DNA of 64,000 bases, from positions 6,720-70,719 of the forward strand of contig CAZIDN010000007.1 of NCBI GenBank assembly GCA_964537875.1. Reading direction: 5' to 3'. The notes below the pieces were generated by a model. The model ran no database searches. It was not told the origin of the DNA and saw nothing but the letters and a program-made list of their open reading frames with translations. The translations under genes were made by a program, and so were the position numbers. This document shows positions 29,808 through 39,862 of this stretch, in pieces (within the stretch, counting starts at the first letter, position 1; the number at the start of each line of letters is the position of its first letter). The DNA is from an uncultured Eubacteriales bacterium. GTDB taxonomy: Bacteria; Acidobacteriota; Aminicenantia; Aminicenantales; UBA4085.

Positions 29808-30530
29808 TCAATCGAATATCTTCTCCAGGGCTTGATACTTGGTGTGGAGCGTGTCCACGCCTTTTTCCATGCCGGCATGGTCGTGGGCTTGACCGGCGGC
29901 ATCGAGAGCCTTGGCCGCGTCCAAAAGCTCAGCCGCCGCCGTCTTAAAAGCTCCGGCCTTGGCTTCTAGCCTTGTTGGAAGAGTCGTTTTGGTGACGGCC
30001 TCCGCTTTACCCACGAGGTCCGCGCCGGCGCCCCGGATCTTGTCGTATTCCTTGTTGGGCAGGTATTTGTGATAGACGACATATAGAACCTGATGGAAAG
30101 CATCCATCTCTTTGAGGACCGGTCTGAGAGTCCTGACCAGGGATTCATACTTGGCATGGAGCGCCTCGGCCGCGTTTAGAAGGGCCTGGTCATCCTTGCC
30201 GGCTGCGGCGGCATTGTAGTCGTCAACAGACTTTTCGAGCTGGGCCACGCCCTCTTTCCACTTGGCTTCCTTTTCGCGAAGGATTCCGGGCAGCTTAGCA
30301 CCGTAAATTTTGGCCGCCAGCTCATTGATCTGGGGGACGAAGCTGCGCAATGCCTTATAATCTTTATCCGGATAGGCCGTGTGCCAGATTGGATAGATCA
30401 CGTCATGGAAAGCGGTCAGCTCGGGCACCTCGCTCTTGGTTTCGGCCGATTGCTCCTGGGCCACCGCCCAGGCGCTCACGCCGCAGACCAGCATCATCAG
30501 GCCAAACAGGCTTAAAATTCTCTTATGCAT
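29808..30530 (-). CDS. Secreted protein of unknown function with an internal tandem duplication
   Basis: A signal peptide is present. The two halves are similar (FHDVIYPIWHTAYPDKDYKAL... versus FHQVLYVVYHKYLPNKEYDKI...). Confidence 0.4.
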   Translation of the reverse strand: MHKRILSLFGLMMLVCGVSAWAVAQEQSAETKSEVPELTAFHDVIYPIWHTAYPDKDYKALRSFVPQINELAAKIYGAKLPGILREKEAKWKEGVAQLEKSVDDYNAAAAGKDDQALLNAAEALHAKYESLVRTLRPVLKEMDAFHQVLYVVYHKYLPNKEYDKIRGAGADLVGKAEAVTKTTLPTRLEAKAGAFKTAAAELLDAAKALDAAGQAHDHAGMEKGVDTLHTKYQALEKIFD

Positions 30531-30605
30531 GAAAACCTCCAGAATAAGGAAATAATGAGCTACCTATTATGATCAACTTTCAGAAATTTTCAAGCTCTTG
30601 ATCGG

Positions 30606-31691
30606 CTATAAAATCGATTTTTTTCTTTCCAAATAATACAGGTAATTCTCAAAAGTGACATCCGGGGGGACGCGGTGGTCCACCGTGGGGATAAATCCGC
30701 CTTTGGCGATGAGCGGAACGAGCCCCTCCAACTCACGATCAATCGCCTCGCGGCCCCGGATGAGGCTCAGCTTGTTGACGCCGCCCAGAAGCAGGACCCG
30801 GTCGCCGTAGATCTCCCGCAATTCGAAGGGATCTGTGTGCAGCGCTTCGATAGGAAACATGACGTTGATTCCTGCTTCAAGCCAGCCGGGAACGAGCTCG
30901 TAGATCCGGCCGTCGCAGTCGAGGACATTGAGGTCGATCCCAAGCTTCTTTAGCGCCGCCGTCACCCGCTTATAGCGAGGGACCATCATTTCCTGAAAGA
31001 GCTTGGGGGAAAGGAGAGGGCCGTGGTTGTAGCACATGTCCTCCCACCACCAGCCGACGTCAATTCCGTTCTCCGGAAATCCTTTCTCTATGAGATAGAG
31101 TGTCATCTCCGTGAGATGCTCCATCATCTCTTCGACCCAGGGCCGATCTTCCATAACGGCGATCGAAAAATTCTCGAGCCCCATCCAGTTCCGCGGCCAG
31201 CCGTAGAGAGACCCGGGATCGAAAATGACGAGCGTCCCGGACGCCCGGGCTTCGTCGACGGCTTTTTTGACATCGCCGATACGGCCGGGATTCTTATAAT
31301 CCAGATACTCACGTTTCACCCGCTCCCAATCCTGCCGGCTCTCGATGATATACTTGAGAAACTTCGGCATGGTGCCGCGCCCAGGGGGAACTTCGCAGAG
31401 GTTACCGTCCTCATCCTGCATCAGCAGGCGGTCGCCCAAATCCTTGATGACTTTTTTTTCAAAGGCCGGAAACAGGCCGTTTTTGATGGGCACTTTCGTG
31501 AAAATGGAAACCCCCTCCAGGCCCAAATATCTTTCCACGGCCTCGTTGTCGTGAATGTTCAGCGGCAGCCCCTGCCTGTGCCAAGCTTCGATCGTCTCGT
31601 CCCAGTAGCCGAACTCCAGGTTGGGCAGCCGGTCGGGCGCTTGCCAATGAAAGACCCGCAGAAACCGCTCCCGCGTCGTCATCGGCTTCAT
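30606..31691 (-). CDS. Uroporphyrinogen-decarboxylase (URO-D/MtaA)-like family protein
   Basis: The N-terminal MTTRERFLRVFHWQAPDRLPNLEF matches the family signature (M..rER....DRvPv). The TIM-barrel length fits. Confidence 0.5.
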   Translation of the reverse strand: MKPMTTRERFLRVFHWQAPDRLPNLEFGYWDETIEAWHRQGLPLNIHDNEAVERYLGLEGVSIFTKVPIKNGLFPAFEKKVIKDLGDRLLMQDEDGNLCEVPPGRGTMPKFLKYIIESRQDWERVKREYLDYKNPGRIGDVKKAVDEARASGTLVIFDPGSLYGWPRNWMGLENFSIAVMEDRPWVEEMMEHLTEMTLYLIEKGFPENGIDVGWWWEDMCYNHGPLLSPKLFQEMMVPRYKRVTAALKKLGIDLNVLDCDGRIYELVPGWLEAGINVMFPIEALHTDPFELREIYGDRVLLLGGVNKLSLIRGREAIDRELEGLVPLIAKGGFIPTVDHRVPPDVTFENYLYYLERKKSIL

Positions 31692-34180
31692 GGACCCGGC
31701 TTTCTCGCGACCTTGATCGTTTTGATCTCGAAGGGCTCGAAGGAAAGGCCGATGGTCGTTCCTGCCGCCTCGATTTTTTTGACCGGCCGCTCGATCAGGT
31801 CCGTCTCCCAGGCATCCACGGGCCAGGGCAACTCGATCTTTGCCTCTGTCTTTTTGCCGAAGGCTTCATAGAACCGCAGGATCAAGCCGCGGTTGTAATA
31901 GCCCATTTCTTTTTTGAGCGCGGAAAGGATGATGTTGTCGGGCCCGACGTTGACGAACGACCGGCTTGCCGGAAGCGGCCCGGGGTGGGCCATGGCCACT
32001 CTCGGCATGAGCGGGCTGTTGAATTCATAGCCGCGGCGGACGGTCAGGGCGTCTTTCCATGTGCCGCGATGAGGATAGAGGGAATAAAGGAGTTCGTGAG
32101 GCCCCCGGTCGGCTTCCGGATCCGGGTTTGTGGCGCCGTGTATGACCGAAAGCCTGAGTGTTCCGTTCTTCACATCAAACCCGTATTTGCAGTCGTTCAG
32201 CAGGCTGACTCCATAGGCGCCGGACTCATCGCTCAGGTCGACCCAGCGGAGGGCCGGCACTTCCCGGCCGTCGGCAGGCCTGGAAATAGACCCGAAAGGA
32301 ATCTCGAAATCCGCTTTGTCATTTTTCAGGTTGAGCGGGAAGGCCGCCTTGACCATGACGTTCCTCTCCTGCCAGTTCAGACCCAGCCGAAAATCAAGCC
32401 GCGGAATCTTGCTGTAAAGGATGATGTCCTGGCTGAACGCAGAATTCCGAAAAAGACTTTTGACCCGAACCACGGCCCGCACCGGCCCTGCTTCAAGGAC
32501 CTCAACCTTGGCCCCCTCTTCTCCGATATTCCAGGATTGATCTTTCAAGCCAAGCTCCCAGGCGGACATGTTTTCGGGCTCATCCACGATCGCCTGCAGG
32601 ACGTTGCCCCGCCCCTGCAAGATTTCCCGGTTATTGACCTTATCGAAAATGCTCTCCAGCCAGCCCGTAGACGGGTTCAAGCGGACTTTGAAGAATTCGT
32701 TCTCGAGCGAGTCGGCGGCGGCGGTTAAAGCCGATTTGAATTCGGGCGCCTTATCCATACCCGTGACCCGGTACAGTTTATAGCCGAAGGACGGGACGCT
32801 CTCGGCGATAAACACGACTCTGAAGCGATTCTGCGGTCCTTTGTCGTCTTTCAAGACGACTTGAAACGGGATCTCCGTTCCCTGTTCATCCAGGATCTTG
32901 AAGCCGTTGAATTTTTTCATTAGATAGAATTCGGCGACAACGGGCTCCGTCCTCTCCCAAAACAGCGGATTGTACACTACCAGCGGCAGGCCCTCGCCCC
33001 TCGTGTCGATGCTGTTGGAGACCGCCTCCAAGGAAAAATTGAGAGCCCGCCGTCCCCTCTCAAAAACTTGTTGATAGAATTCCTTCACCTCATCATAGAC
33101 GGGTCCGATGCTCGAACCGTCCAGGATGTCATGGAATTGATTTCGAAGCACGATCTTCCAGGCTTCATCCAGGTCCCTTTCCGGGTAATAATCTCTGTAG
33201 CCGCCCGCCGCAGCCAGAGCCGAAAATTTTTCTGCCGTTAGCAACAGGGCTTCCGATTTTCTGTTGTTCTTCTTTGTCAGGGCTTGGGTCGTGTAGCAGG
33301 CCGGGAAGGTGAAATTCAGCTCGTTCGCAAAAACGGGGATTTCCAGTTTCTTGGTTTCGAGGAGCTTGAAATAATCGTCGGGCCCGGCGAACTTCATCCG
33401 GGGTTGGGCTTTGTCCTTTTTGAACTTCTTGATGGCCTCAACGTCCGAATCTCTGGGCCCGCCGCCGTGGTCGCCTTCTCCGTAGAGAAGCAGATAATCC
33501 ATGAGCGGCGAAACCTTGGCCGCCTCAAAAATCACGTCTTTCGTCCCATTCTTGAGGTTTGCCAGATACCAGCCCGGCGGGACATAAGCCAAGACCTTCG
33601 ACCCGTCCATGCCCTGCCACTGGAAGAGGTGCGTCTTTTCCGGGGCACATCGCTCGAAGATGTAATATTTAAGGCCGGCTTTGGCCATGATCTGCGGCAG
33701 CTGCCAATTGTGTCCGAACGAATCCGGATTCCAGCCGACCTTGACGTCCACGCCGAACTTGTCCAGGAAATATCTCTTCCCATAGAGAAGCTGCCTGGCC
33801 AGCGACTCGCCGTCGGGCATGTTCAAATCCGGCTCGACCCACATGCCTCCTACCGGAAGCCAGGTGCCTTCCTTGACTTTGGCCTGAATGGCCTTGAATA
33901 AATCGGGATAGCTTTTTTCGACGGCCTCATAGACGGCGGCCTGGCTCTGGGCAAATGTCAAGCCGGGCATCTTGTCCATCTGGGCCAGGGTTCCTTTGAA
34001 CGTTTGGACGGCGACATCATGGACGGTCTCTTCCCATCGCCAGAGCCAGCTCAGGTCGATATGGGCGTGGCCGATGAGATGAGCCGTAAAATCGCGCGGA
34101 TTTTTTTCCTGGGCAAAATTGGCCGAGCCCAGAAACAACGTTAAGAGGCCTATCAAAAGAATTTTGTGGATGCTTCGCAT
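31688..34180 (-). CDS. GH38 alpha-mannosidase, secreted
   Basis: A signal peptide is present. The GH38 catalytic-domain motifs HIDLSWLW, GGMWVEPDLNMP and WNPDSFGH are present. Confidence 0.8.
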   Translation of the reverse strand: MRSIHKILLIGLLTLFLGSANFAQEKNPRDFTAHLIGHAHIDLSWLWRWEETVHDVAVQTFKGTLAQMDKMPGLTFAQSQAAVYEAVEKSYPDLFKAIQAKVKEGTWLPVGGMWVEPDLNMPDGESLARQLLYGKRYFLDKFGVDVKVGWNPDSFGHNWQLPQIMAKAGLKYYIFERCAPEKTHLFQWQGMDGSKVLAYVPPGWYLANLKNGTKDVIFEAAKVSPLMDYLLLYGEGDHGGGPRDSDVEAIKKFKKDKAQPRMKFAGPDDYFKLLETKKLEIPVFANELNFTFPACYTTQALTKKNNRKSEALLLTAEKFSALAAAGGYRDYYPERDLDEAWKIVLRNQFHDILDGSSIGPVYDEVKEFYQQVFERGRRALNFSLEAVSNSIDTRGEGLPLVVYNPLFWERTEPVVAEFYLMKKFNGFKILDEQGTEIPFQVVLKDDKGPQNRFRVVFIAESVPSFGYKLYRVTGMDKAPEFKSALTAAADSLENEFFKVRLNPSTGWLESIFDKVNNREILQGRGNVLQAIVDEPENMSAWELGLKDQSWNIGEEGAKVEVLEAGPVRAVVRVKSLFRNSAFSQDIILYSKIPRLDFRLGLNWQERNVMVKAAFPLNLKNDKADFEIPFGSISRPADGREVPALRWVDLSDESGAYGVSLLNDCKYGFDVKNGTLRLSVIHGATNPDPEADRGPHELLYSLYPHRGTWKDALTVRRGYEFNSPLMPRVAMAHPGPLPASRSFVNVGPDNIILSALKKEMGYYNRGLILRFYEAFGKKTEAKIELPWPVDAWETDLIERPVKKIEAAGTTIGLSFEPFEIKTIKVARKPGP

Positions 34181-34245
34181 AATTTCTCCTCCCTGGACAA
34201 CCTCGAGACTAATATCAGCGTAATAATTAAAATGACATCCCCGTT

Positions 34246-34373
34246 GGGGGCGGCGCTTAGGCCGTCCTAAAGCCCCCGTAGCGGAGGGGGGACCCGTCGG
34301 CTTTTCCGACGGGGGGAACCGACGGGACTGGTTCCCCGGGGCCCGGGGGCTATGGGCGGCCTAAGCGCCGCCC
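34246..34373. repeat. Family-B structured repeat, copy B4. The imperfect 19-bp outer stem GGGGGCGGCGCTTAGGCCG / CGGCCTAAGCGCCGCCCAT encloses the core, which carries one variant (GTAGCGG instead of ATAGCGG).
   Basis: It lies between the GH38 gene start and the 3' end of the beta-barrel gene. Confidence 0.8.
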
Positions 34374-34404
34374 ATACATTGTCACTTTATTTATCGCGTT
34401 AATA

Positions 34405-35163
34405 TTAATATTCCATACCGACGGCCAAGCCAAAGTTGGTGACCGTCGGTCTCTCAAGCAAATGGCGCATGTCTTTATCCAGTCGATGGTTCCATTCAAG
34501 ATGCGGTCGGACATAGAGAAAATCTTTGAGATAGTAGGTCAGGGAGATTTCTACGGCCATCCCGTTAAAGGCAGATTTTTCCCAAAGGGCATAAACGCCG
34601 TTGAACTTGGCATTCGCCCAATCGAACCGCAGGGCCCCGTCGACCGATAATTTCGAGGAAATTTCCCGGTGGTATTCCAATCCCACTTCTCCGACATAGG
34701 CTCCGCCGTACTCCATAAAATCAAAATAATGGGTGGTTTGGATAACAAACGGACCGGCGAGATAAGACACCTGGACAGAAAGTTCTCCGGTCGCAGGCTC
34801 TCCTCTCTGGTTAGGATAAATATAGAACTGAATCGCCGGCTCAAACTCAAAATTCTTCCATTTGCCACGGTATGAAAGGCGGCAGTCAAATTCATTGAAC
34901 CGGCCCTGGTTGGGCTCCTGGTTGAGGACAAAATTGCTCCAGCCGGAAAGCGTGAAGCTTGAGCGCGAGACCCAGACACTTGGCTGGATGACGGCACCCT
35001 CGCTCCAAGCGAGTCCCCGCCAGATATAGATGGAGTTAAAATCCGCCTCGCCGCCGAACATCCACGACCTCTTTTTTTCTTCGGTGGCCTGGCCAAGGAC
35101 GAAGAGAGGATACACGATCAAGCCCAAGAAAAAAAATCCGGCGGCGAAACATTTTATCTTTAT
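34405..35163 (-). CDS. Putative outer-membrane beta-barrel protein
   Basis: An N-terminal signal/TM segment is present. Alternating amphipathic strands are seen and the C-terminus ends in an aromatic residue (...GMEY). No specific family is recognised. Confidence 0.3.
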   Translation of the reverse strand: MKIKCFAAGFFFLGLIVYPLFVLGQATEEKKRSWMFGGEADFNSIYIWRGLAWSEGAVIQPSVWVSRSSFTLSGWSNFVLNQEPNQGRFNEFDCRLSYRGKWKNFEFEPAIQFYIYPNQRGEPATGELSVQVSYLAGPFVIQTTHYFDFMEYGGAYVGEVGLEYHREISSKLSVDGALRFDWANAKFNGVYALWEKSAFNGMAVEISLTYYLKDFLYVRPHLEWNHRLDKDMRHLLERPTVTNFGLAVGMEY

Positions 35164-35276
35164 CATAGACGCCTTTCTCTCTGCCGGCCACAAACGGCCG
35201 CATGATAAAAATCATTCCCCGCGGCAAGTCACGGAGCATATTCGCCGCTCGTCACCTATTATCCCTGAATGATCCA

Positions 35277-37307
35277 TTATTTGACAGAAACCGTAGGGAA
35301 CGAAGAGATCCGCAATCGAGCGCATCCCATCGGAATCAGGGTGATGTCCTCCAGGGGTTCGCTCGTCTGGACCGGGCTGGCCGGCAGCTCGCCGGCCATG
35401 CGCTTTTCCTCCTTCCACAGCGGGATGCGCCTGGCTTTAGCCCTGAGGACGATAGGCGCCGCTTCCGGCGTGAAAGGCTGGTAGCCCGGCGGCTTTTGAG
35501 CGGTGAGGCTGATCGTGGATGCCGGGCTTGCGGGATTAAGGGCGAGCCCGTAGTTCCATGATGTCGTGGGCAGAATTTCAAAGGCCGGCCACTCGTCCGT
35601 CCCGCTATAGCGGTTCCATCTTTCCCCGATCTTCAGAGAATACCAGAGCGGGCCCCGCCGGACGGAAACCGCGTTCCCCAGCTTTGTCCAGGTTTTCACT
35701 TCGATATTCTGGGGAAGCTCGAGCCGGATTTGATCTCCGTTGGACCAAGTGCGCTTGAGAACGACATACGACGAAGGCTGAACCTGGGCTTTTAAATCTT
35801 CGCCGTTCACGAGAATTCTCGCGTTCTTCGACCACTCCGGAATCCGCAGATAAAGAGGGAACTCAACAGACTTGTCTGTCCATAGGGTCAGGTCGATAAA
35901 ATCTCCGAAGGGATGCCAGGTATCCTCCGCAATCCGGACTTCGGCCCCGTCCCCCACGTTGGCCGTCACCTGAGAAGGCGCATAGAGAACGGCGGCCAGC
36001 CCGTTGTCCTGCGTGGCCAGCCAAAGATGCTCGGAAAAATAAGGCCAGCCGAAGGCGAAATTGTGCTGGCAGCAGCGGTAGCTCCAGGGATCGTAAGAGA
36101 CGAGCGTGCCGCCGTTTTGGAAATCATGATCGCCCGAGCTGTCGCAGGAAATGAGGTTGGGCGCCGTCAGGTAATGAAGCCCGCGCAGGTCTGGCGTCAA
36201 AGCCGCGGGCAGGGAATTAAAAGCGATTTCTTCGCAGCGCTCGGCATACCGCGTGTCTCCGGTGATTTTCAGGAGCGACTCGTTCGAATACATGAATTCG
36301 ACCATCGAGCACGTCTCCGCGCCCTGCCGCGGATCGCCGTAGCCCGGCCTGATATTCTCGTCGGCGCCGAACATGCCGCCCGGTTGCTGGCCGTATTCAT
36401 CCATGACCTGCCTGTAATTTCGCTCGACGGCCTCCAGATATTTTTTGTCCTTGGCCTGCTGGAAATACACGCCCGGCTGGCGAAAGCCCATGGTGATGTT
36501 GACTCCGTGATAGAACGAGCTCGCTTCGAGCTTTTTATCCCTGTCGGCCGTGAGGATGGGAGACGTCCAGTCCGATGTCCTCTCGAAAAGCCGCCGTCCC
36601 AGGTCGAGCAGAAATTTTTCACCGGTCCGGTTATAAAGCCAATAGACGCTCTCGAGGTTATCGCCGCCTCGCAGCTTCTGCCAGCTTCCCGAGAGGAGCT
36701 CGTCCGCGGGCAGGTTGAGCTCGTGGCGAAAATATTTCGTCATGAACGGGACGACACGCTTGTCTCCGGTCGCTTCATAAAAGCTCTGCAGACAAAAAAG
36801 TACGAGCATGTTGGGCCAGAGGTCATGGTTCTTTTTGTTGTCGGCCGGCCCGAAATAGCCGTCCGGCTGCTGGTTGCTGAGCGCTTCGTCCAGCCATTGC
36901 CTCGCCTCGGCGATCAGCGCCGGGTCTTTCAAGATATAGCCGAGGTCGCCGAATCCCTTCAGCCAGTAGGGCATCTCCTCCCAACCCTTGTCCTTCAAGG
37001 TCAGCCAGCCGCTGCCGGAGCTCAAAAATTTACTCAGTTCCTTGAGGCGACCGCTGAATCCGTTCCGCATCAGCTGGAGCTGGCTGAGCAGCCAGCCTTT
37101 GGGCTCGATCGCCCCGATGGGAAGCTTGATCAGCGGGCTGGACGCGAGGGGTTCCTTGTTCGAGATATAATGGCGGTTCTGGCCGACCGTGGCAGGGACC
37201 TTCACCATAAAGATGCTTGTATTCAGGCTTTTTTGACCGGCCGATTCGCTCGAGCGGACGGCCAGCAAACAAACGGCACAGGCCATAACAAGAAAAACAT
37301 ATTTCAT
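35277..37307 (-). CDS. GH127 / DUF1680 family (beta-L-arabinofuranosidase-like), secreted
   Basis: A signal peptide is present. The Glu-x-Cys (AETCSM) and adjacent Cys-Cys (RCCQHN) are 79 residues apart. This reproduces the Zn-binding Glu338/Cys340/Cys417/Cys418 arrangement of characterised GH127. Confidence 0.65.
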   Translation of the reverse strand: MKYVFLVMACAVCLLAVRSSESAGQKSLNTSIFMVKVPATVGQNRHYISNKEPLASSPLIKLPIGAIEPKGWLLSQLQLMRNGFSGRLKELSKFLSSGSGWLTLKDKGWEEMPYWLKGFGDLGYILKDPALIAEARQWLDEALSNQQPDGYFGPADNKKNHDLWPNMLVLFCLQSFYEATGDKRVVPFMTKYFRHELNLPADELLSGSWQKLRGGDNLESVYWLYNRTGEKFLLDLGRRLFERTSDWTSPILTADRDKKLEASSFYHGVNITMGFRQPGVYFQQAKDKKYLEAVERNYRQVMDEYGQQPGGMFGADENIRPGYGDPRQGAETCSMVEFMYSNESLLKITGDTRYAERCEEIAFNSLPAALTPDLRGLHYLTAPNLISCDSSGDHDFQNGGTLVSYDPWSYRCCQHNFAFGWPYFSEHLWLATQDNGLAAVLYAPSQVTANVGDGAEVRIAEDTWHPFGDFIDLTLWTDKSVEFPLYLRIPEWSKNARILVNGEDLKAQVQPSSYVVLKRTWSNGDQIRLELPQNIEVKTWTKLGNAVSVRRGPLWYSLKIGERWNRYSGTDEWPAFEILPTTSWNYGLALNPASPASTISLTAQKPPGYQPFTPEAAPIVLRAKARRIPLWKEEKRMAGELPASPVQTSEPLEDITLIPMGCARLRISSFPTVSVK

Positions 37308-37334
37308 GGCTCTCTCCTTGCGGAATGGTCCCCT

Positions 37335-38558
37335 TTATTTCTTGAGGATGGCGCCGGCGACGACGTTGGCCACACGGCATCGTTTGATGACGATTTCGCC
37401 CTTGTCGTCGGGATGGACCCTGTTGGTGAGGAAAATCACGACGGTCTCTGTTTCCGGGTCGATCCACATCGATGTTCCCGTGTATCCTGTATGTCCGTAC
37501 GAGCGCGGGCCAAAAATATCGCCAGCCGAGCTAGCATACGCCGAGCTAAGATCCCAGCCCAAGCCGCGGCCAGCAAAAGCGGCTTTGGGATAGACCGAAG
37601 TCATCCGCTCCACGGTGAGAGGGCTGAGAATCCGGACACCCTTGAATTCGCCCTTGTTCAGAAGCATCTGGGCAAATATGGCTAGGTCATCGGCCGTGGA
37701 AAAAAGCCCGGCGTTCCCGGAGACACCTCCCTGGAGCCGGGCCAGAGGATCATGGACGATTCCGACGAGCGGCTTCTCCTCATAGACTTGCGTCGGGACG
37801 CAGAGGCTGAGGAATTTTGGCGGCGGGTTGTAGAACGTATGCCTCATTTTGAGAGGCCGGAAGATATTTTGTTCGGCGAATTCGGCGATCGTCTTCCCCG
37901 TGACCTTTTTGACGATGTAGGCCAGGGTGATATAGCCGAGGCAGCTGTACGTAAACTTCTCTCCCGGCGGCGCCTCTTTTTTAAGTTGTCCGATTTGGAT
38001 GACCAGCGTATCGACGGGGCAGGGACGGCCATATTTCTTTTCAACTTCGTCGGCAGGCGTGTATGCCGGGAGACCGGAGGTGTGGGTCAGAAGATGCCAG
38101 AGCCGGGCGTCCTCTCCCGGTTCGACCTTCTTGTTCGGTTCGGTCTTTTCAGCCATGTAAGGAGTAAATTCCGAGACATAATCCTTAACTTTTTCATAAA
38201 GGCTGAGCTTCCCCTGCTCAGCCAGGATCATGAGGGACGTGGCCGTGGCAATGGGCTTGGTGAGCGAGGCCATGTCAAAAATCATTTCCGCCGTCATCGG
38301 CTTGTGCTGCGGGACCCATTGGCTCTCGCCATAAGCCTCGCGCAGAACGACCTTGCCCTTGCGCGACACGAGCAGAACCGCCCCCGGAAAATCCTTACGA
38401 GCAATGGCCTCTTTGATGACGACCGATGCCTGGTTGAGGCGATCCTTCGACATGCCGACATCCTCGGCGCCCGATCGAGGCAGCGTCTTGCGTCCGCAGC
38501 TAAGACTGATAAAGAGGATCGCGAGAAGACTGAGGGCAATTTTTTGCGACGATTTCAT
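37335..38558 (-). CDS. Beta-lactamase-family serine hydrolase (PBP/esterase type), lipoprotein
   Basis: A lipobox (LSLSCG) follows a GGGGAGG Shine-Dalgarno at the start 38558. The S-x-x-K active-site motif (MASLTKPIA) is present. Confidence 0.65.
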   Translation of the reverse strand: MKSSQKIALSLLAILFISLSCGRKTLPRSGAEDVGMSKDRLNQASVVIKEAIARKDFPGAVLLVSRKGKVVLREAYGESQWVPQHKPMTAEMIFDMASLTKPIATATSLMILAEQGKLSLYEKVKDYVSEFTPYMAEKTEPNKKVEPGEDARLWHLLTHTSGLPAYTPADEVEKKYGRPCPVDTLVIQIGQLKKEAPPGEKFTYSCLGYITLAYIVKKVTGKTIAEFAEQNIFRPLKMRHTFYNPPPKFLSLCVPTQVYEEKPLVGIVHDPLARLQGGVSGNAGLFSTADDLAIFAQMLLNKGEFKGVRILSPLTVERMTSVYPKAAFAGRGLGWDLSSAYASSAGDIFGPRSYGHTGYTGTSMWIDPETETVVIFLTNRVHPDDKGEIVIKRCRVANVVAGAILKK

Positions 38559-38764
38559 CGGTGCCTCCCCTGGCTTGGATAAATGGAGGAGTTTCTCATA
38601 TGCCACCTGAAATCTCCAAACACTATTAACACATTTTGGTGTTCTTTGCAAAACCCTCTAGGCCGGACAAGGCTGTGCCGCGCAGGCAGAGAAATCGATT
38701 GCGAGGCGCTACGAAGTGTTGGGGAAAGACGATGCCCTATCGGAAGGTGAGATGACGAAGGGCT

Positions 38765-39862
38765 TTATTCTTTTATCCCTTCCCGTATTTTGTTGAACTC
38801 ATCTTTGAGTTCAACAAAGGCCTTGACGATCTCCGGGTCGAAGTGCGTCCCGCTCGAGGCAAGAACGATCTTCGTGCTCTCTTCATGAGAAAAAGCGGGT
38901 TTATAACAGCGCTTCGCCCTCAAGGTCTCATAGACGTCTGCCACCGCCATGATGCGCCCGGCCAGCGGGATCGCCTCGCCCGCCAAACCCTGGGGATAGC
39001 CGCTGCCGTTCCACTTCTCATGATGAGATCCGGCGATGGTGATTCCCATGTCGAGAAGGGCATTTCCCGGGTATTTCCGCCGGACGGCCTCCAGAGTATC
39101 AGCCCCGAGCCTGGCGTGGGTCTTCATCACTTCGAATTCTTCAGGCGTCAGCTTGCCGGGCTTGAGGAGAATGTGATCCGGGATGGCGACTTTGCCGATA
39201 TCGTGCATAGGACTCGCATGAAAAATGTTCTCGACAAAGGCTTCATCAATCTGTCCGCTCCAGCGGGAGCGCTGTTTCAGCTTGGCGGCCAGCCGTTTGC
39301 AAAAAACCTGGACTCGTTCCAGATGCATTCCGGTATCATCATCGCGAGATTCTGCCAACTTGGCCAGGGCAAATATCATGGCCAGCTGCGTGTCTGAAAT
39401 TTGCTTCACCTGGGCTTGAACAAGCTTCTCCAATTCGAGGTTATGCATCTCGAGCTCTTTTTGAAGGCATCGGAGCTTCAGGTGTGTTTCCACGCGAGCC
39501 TGGACTTCCTCAAACTGAAAGGGCTTGGAGATGTAGTCAACTCCGCCGACGGAGAACGCCCTGACTTTGTCCAGGATTTCGTTAAGAGCGCTGATAAAGA
39601 TGACGGGGATTTCCTTCAGCTGTCCGTCCGCTTTCAGGCGTTCACAGACTTCGTAGCCGTTCATCTCCGGCATGTTGATGTCGAGCAGGATCAGGTCCGG
39701 CGGGTCGCTCCGGGCCGCTTGAAGGGCCAGAATTCCGCTGGGAACCGGCCTCGTTTTATACCCTCGTTCCTTCAGCATATTCGCCAACAGCTGGAGGTTG
39801 GCCGGGGTATCATCCACGATAAGGACATTCGGCTCAGGTGGATGGGCGATGGATGATTTCAT
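38765..39862 (-). CDS. Response regulator with receiver and HD-GYP (c-di-GMP phosphodiesterase) domains
   Basis: The receiver carries VLIVDD...DLILLDINMP. The HD-GYP domain carries HASPMHDIGK and HHEKWNGSGYP. Confidence 0.8.
   Translation of the reverse strand: MKSSIAHPPEPNVLIVDDTPANLQLLANMLKERGYKTRPVPSGILALQAARSDPPDLILLDINMPEMNGYEVCERLKADGQLKEIPVIFISALNEILDKVRAFSVGGVDYISKPFQFEEVQARVETHLKLRCLQKELEMHNLELEKLVQAQVKQISDTQLAMIFALAKLAESRDDDTGMHLERVQVFCKRLAAKLKQRSRWSGQIDEAFVENIFHASPMHDIGKVAIPDHILLKPGKLTPEEFEVMKTHARLGADTLEAVRRKYPGNALLDMGITIAGSHHEKWNGSGYPQGLAGEAIPLAGRIMAVADVYETLRAKRCYKPAFSHEESTKIVLASSGTHFDPEIVKAFVELKDEFNKIREGIKE

Noticed and set aside
31023-38582. Plus-strand ORFs 31023-31871, 31985-32728, 33284-33901, 35913-37685 and 37752-38582
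   Set aside because: They are antisense to URO-D-like, GH38, GH127 and beta-lactamase-like genes, with low-complexity composition.
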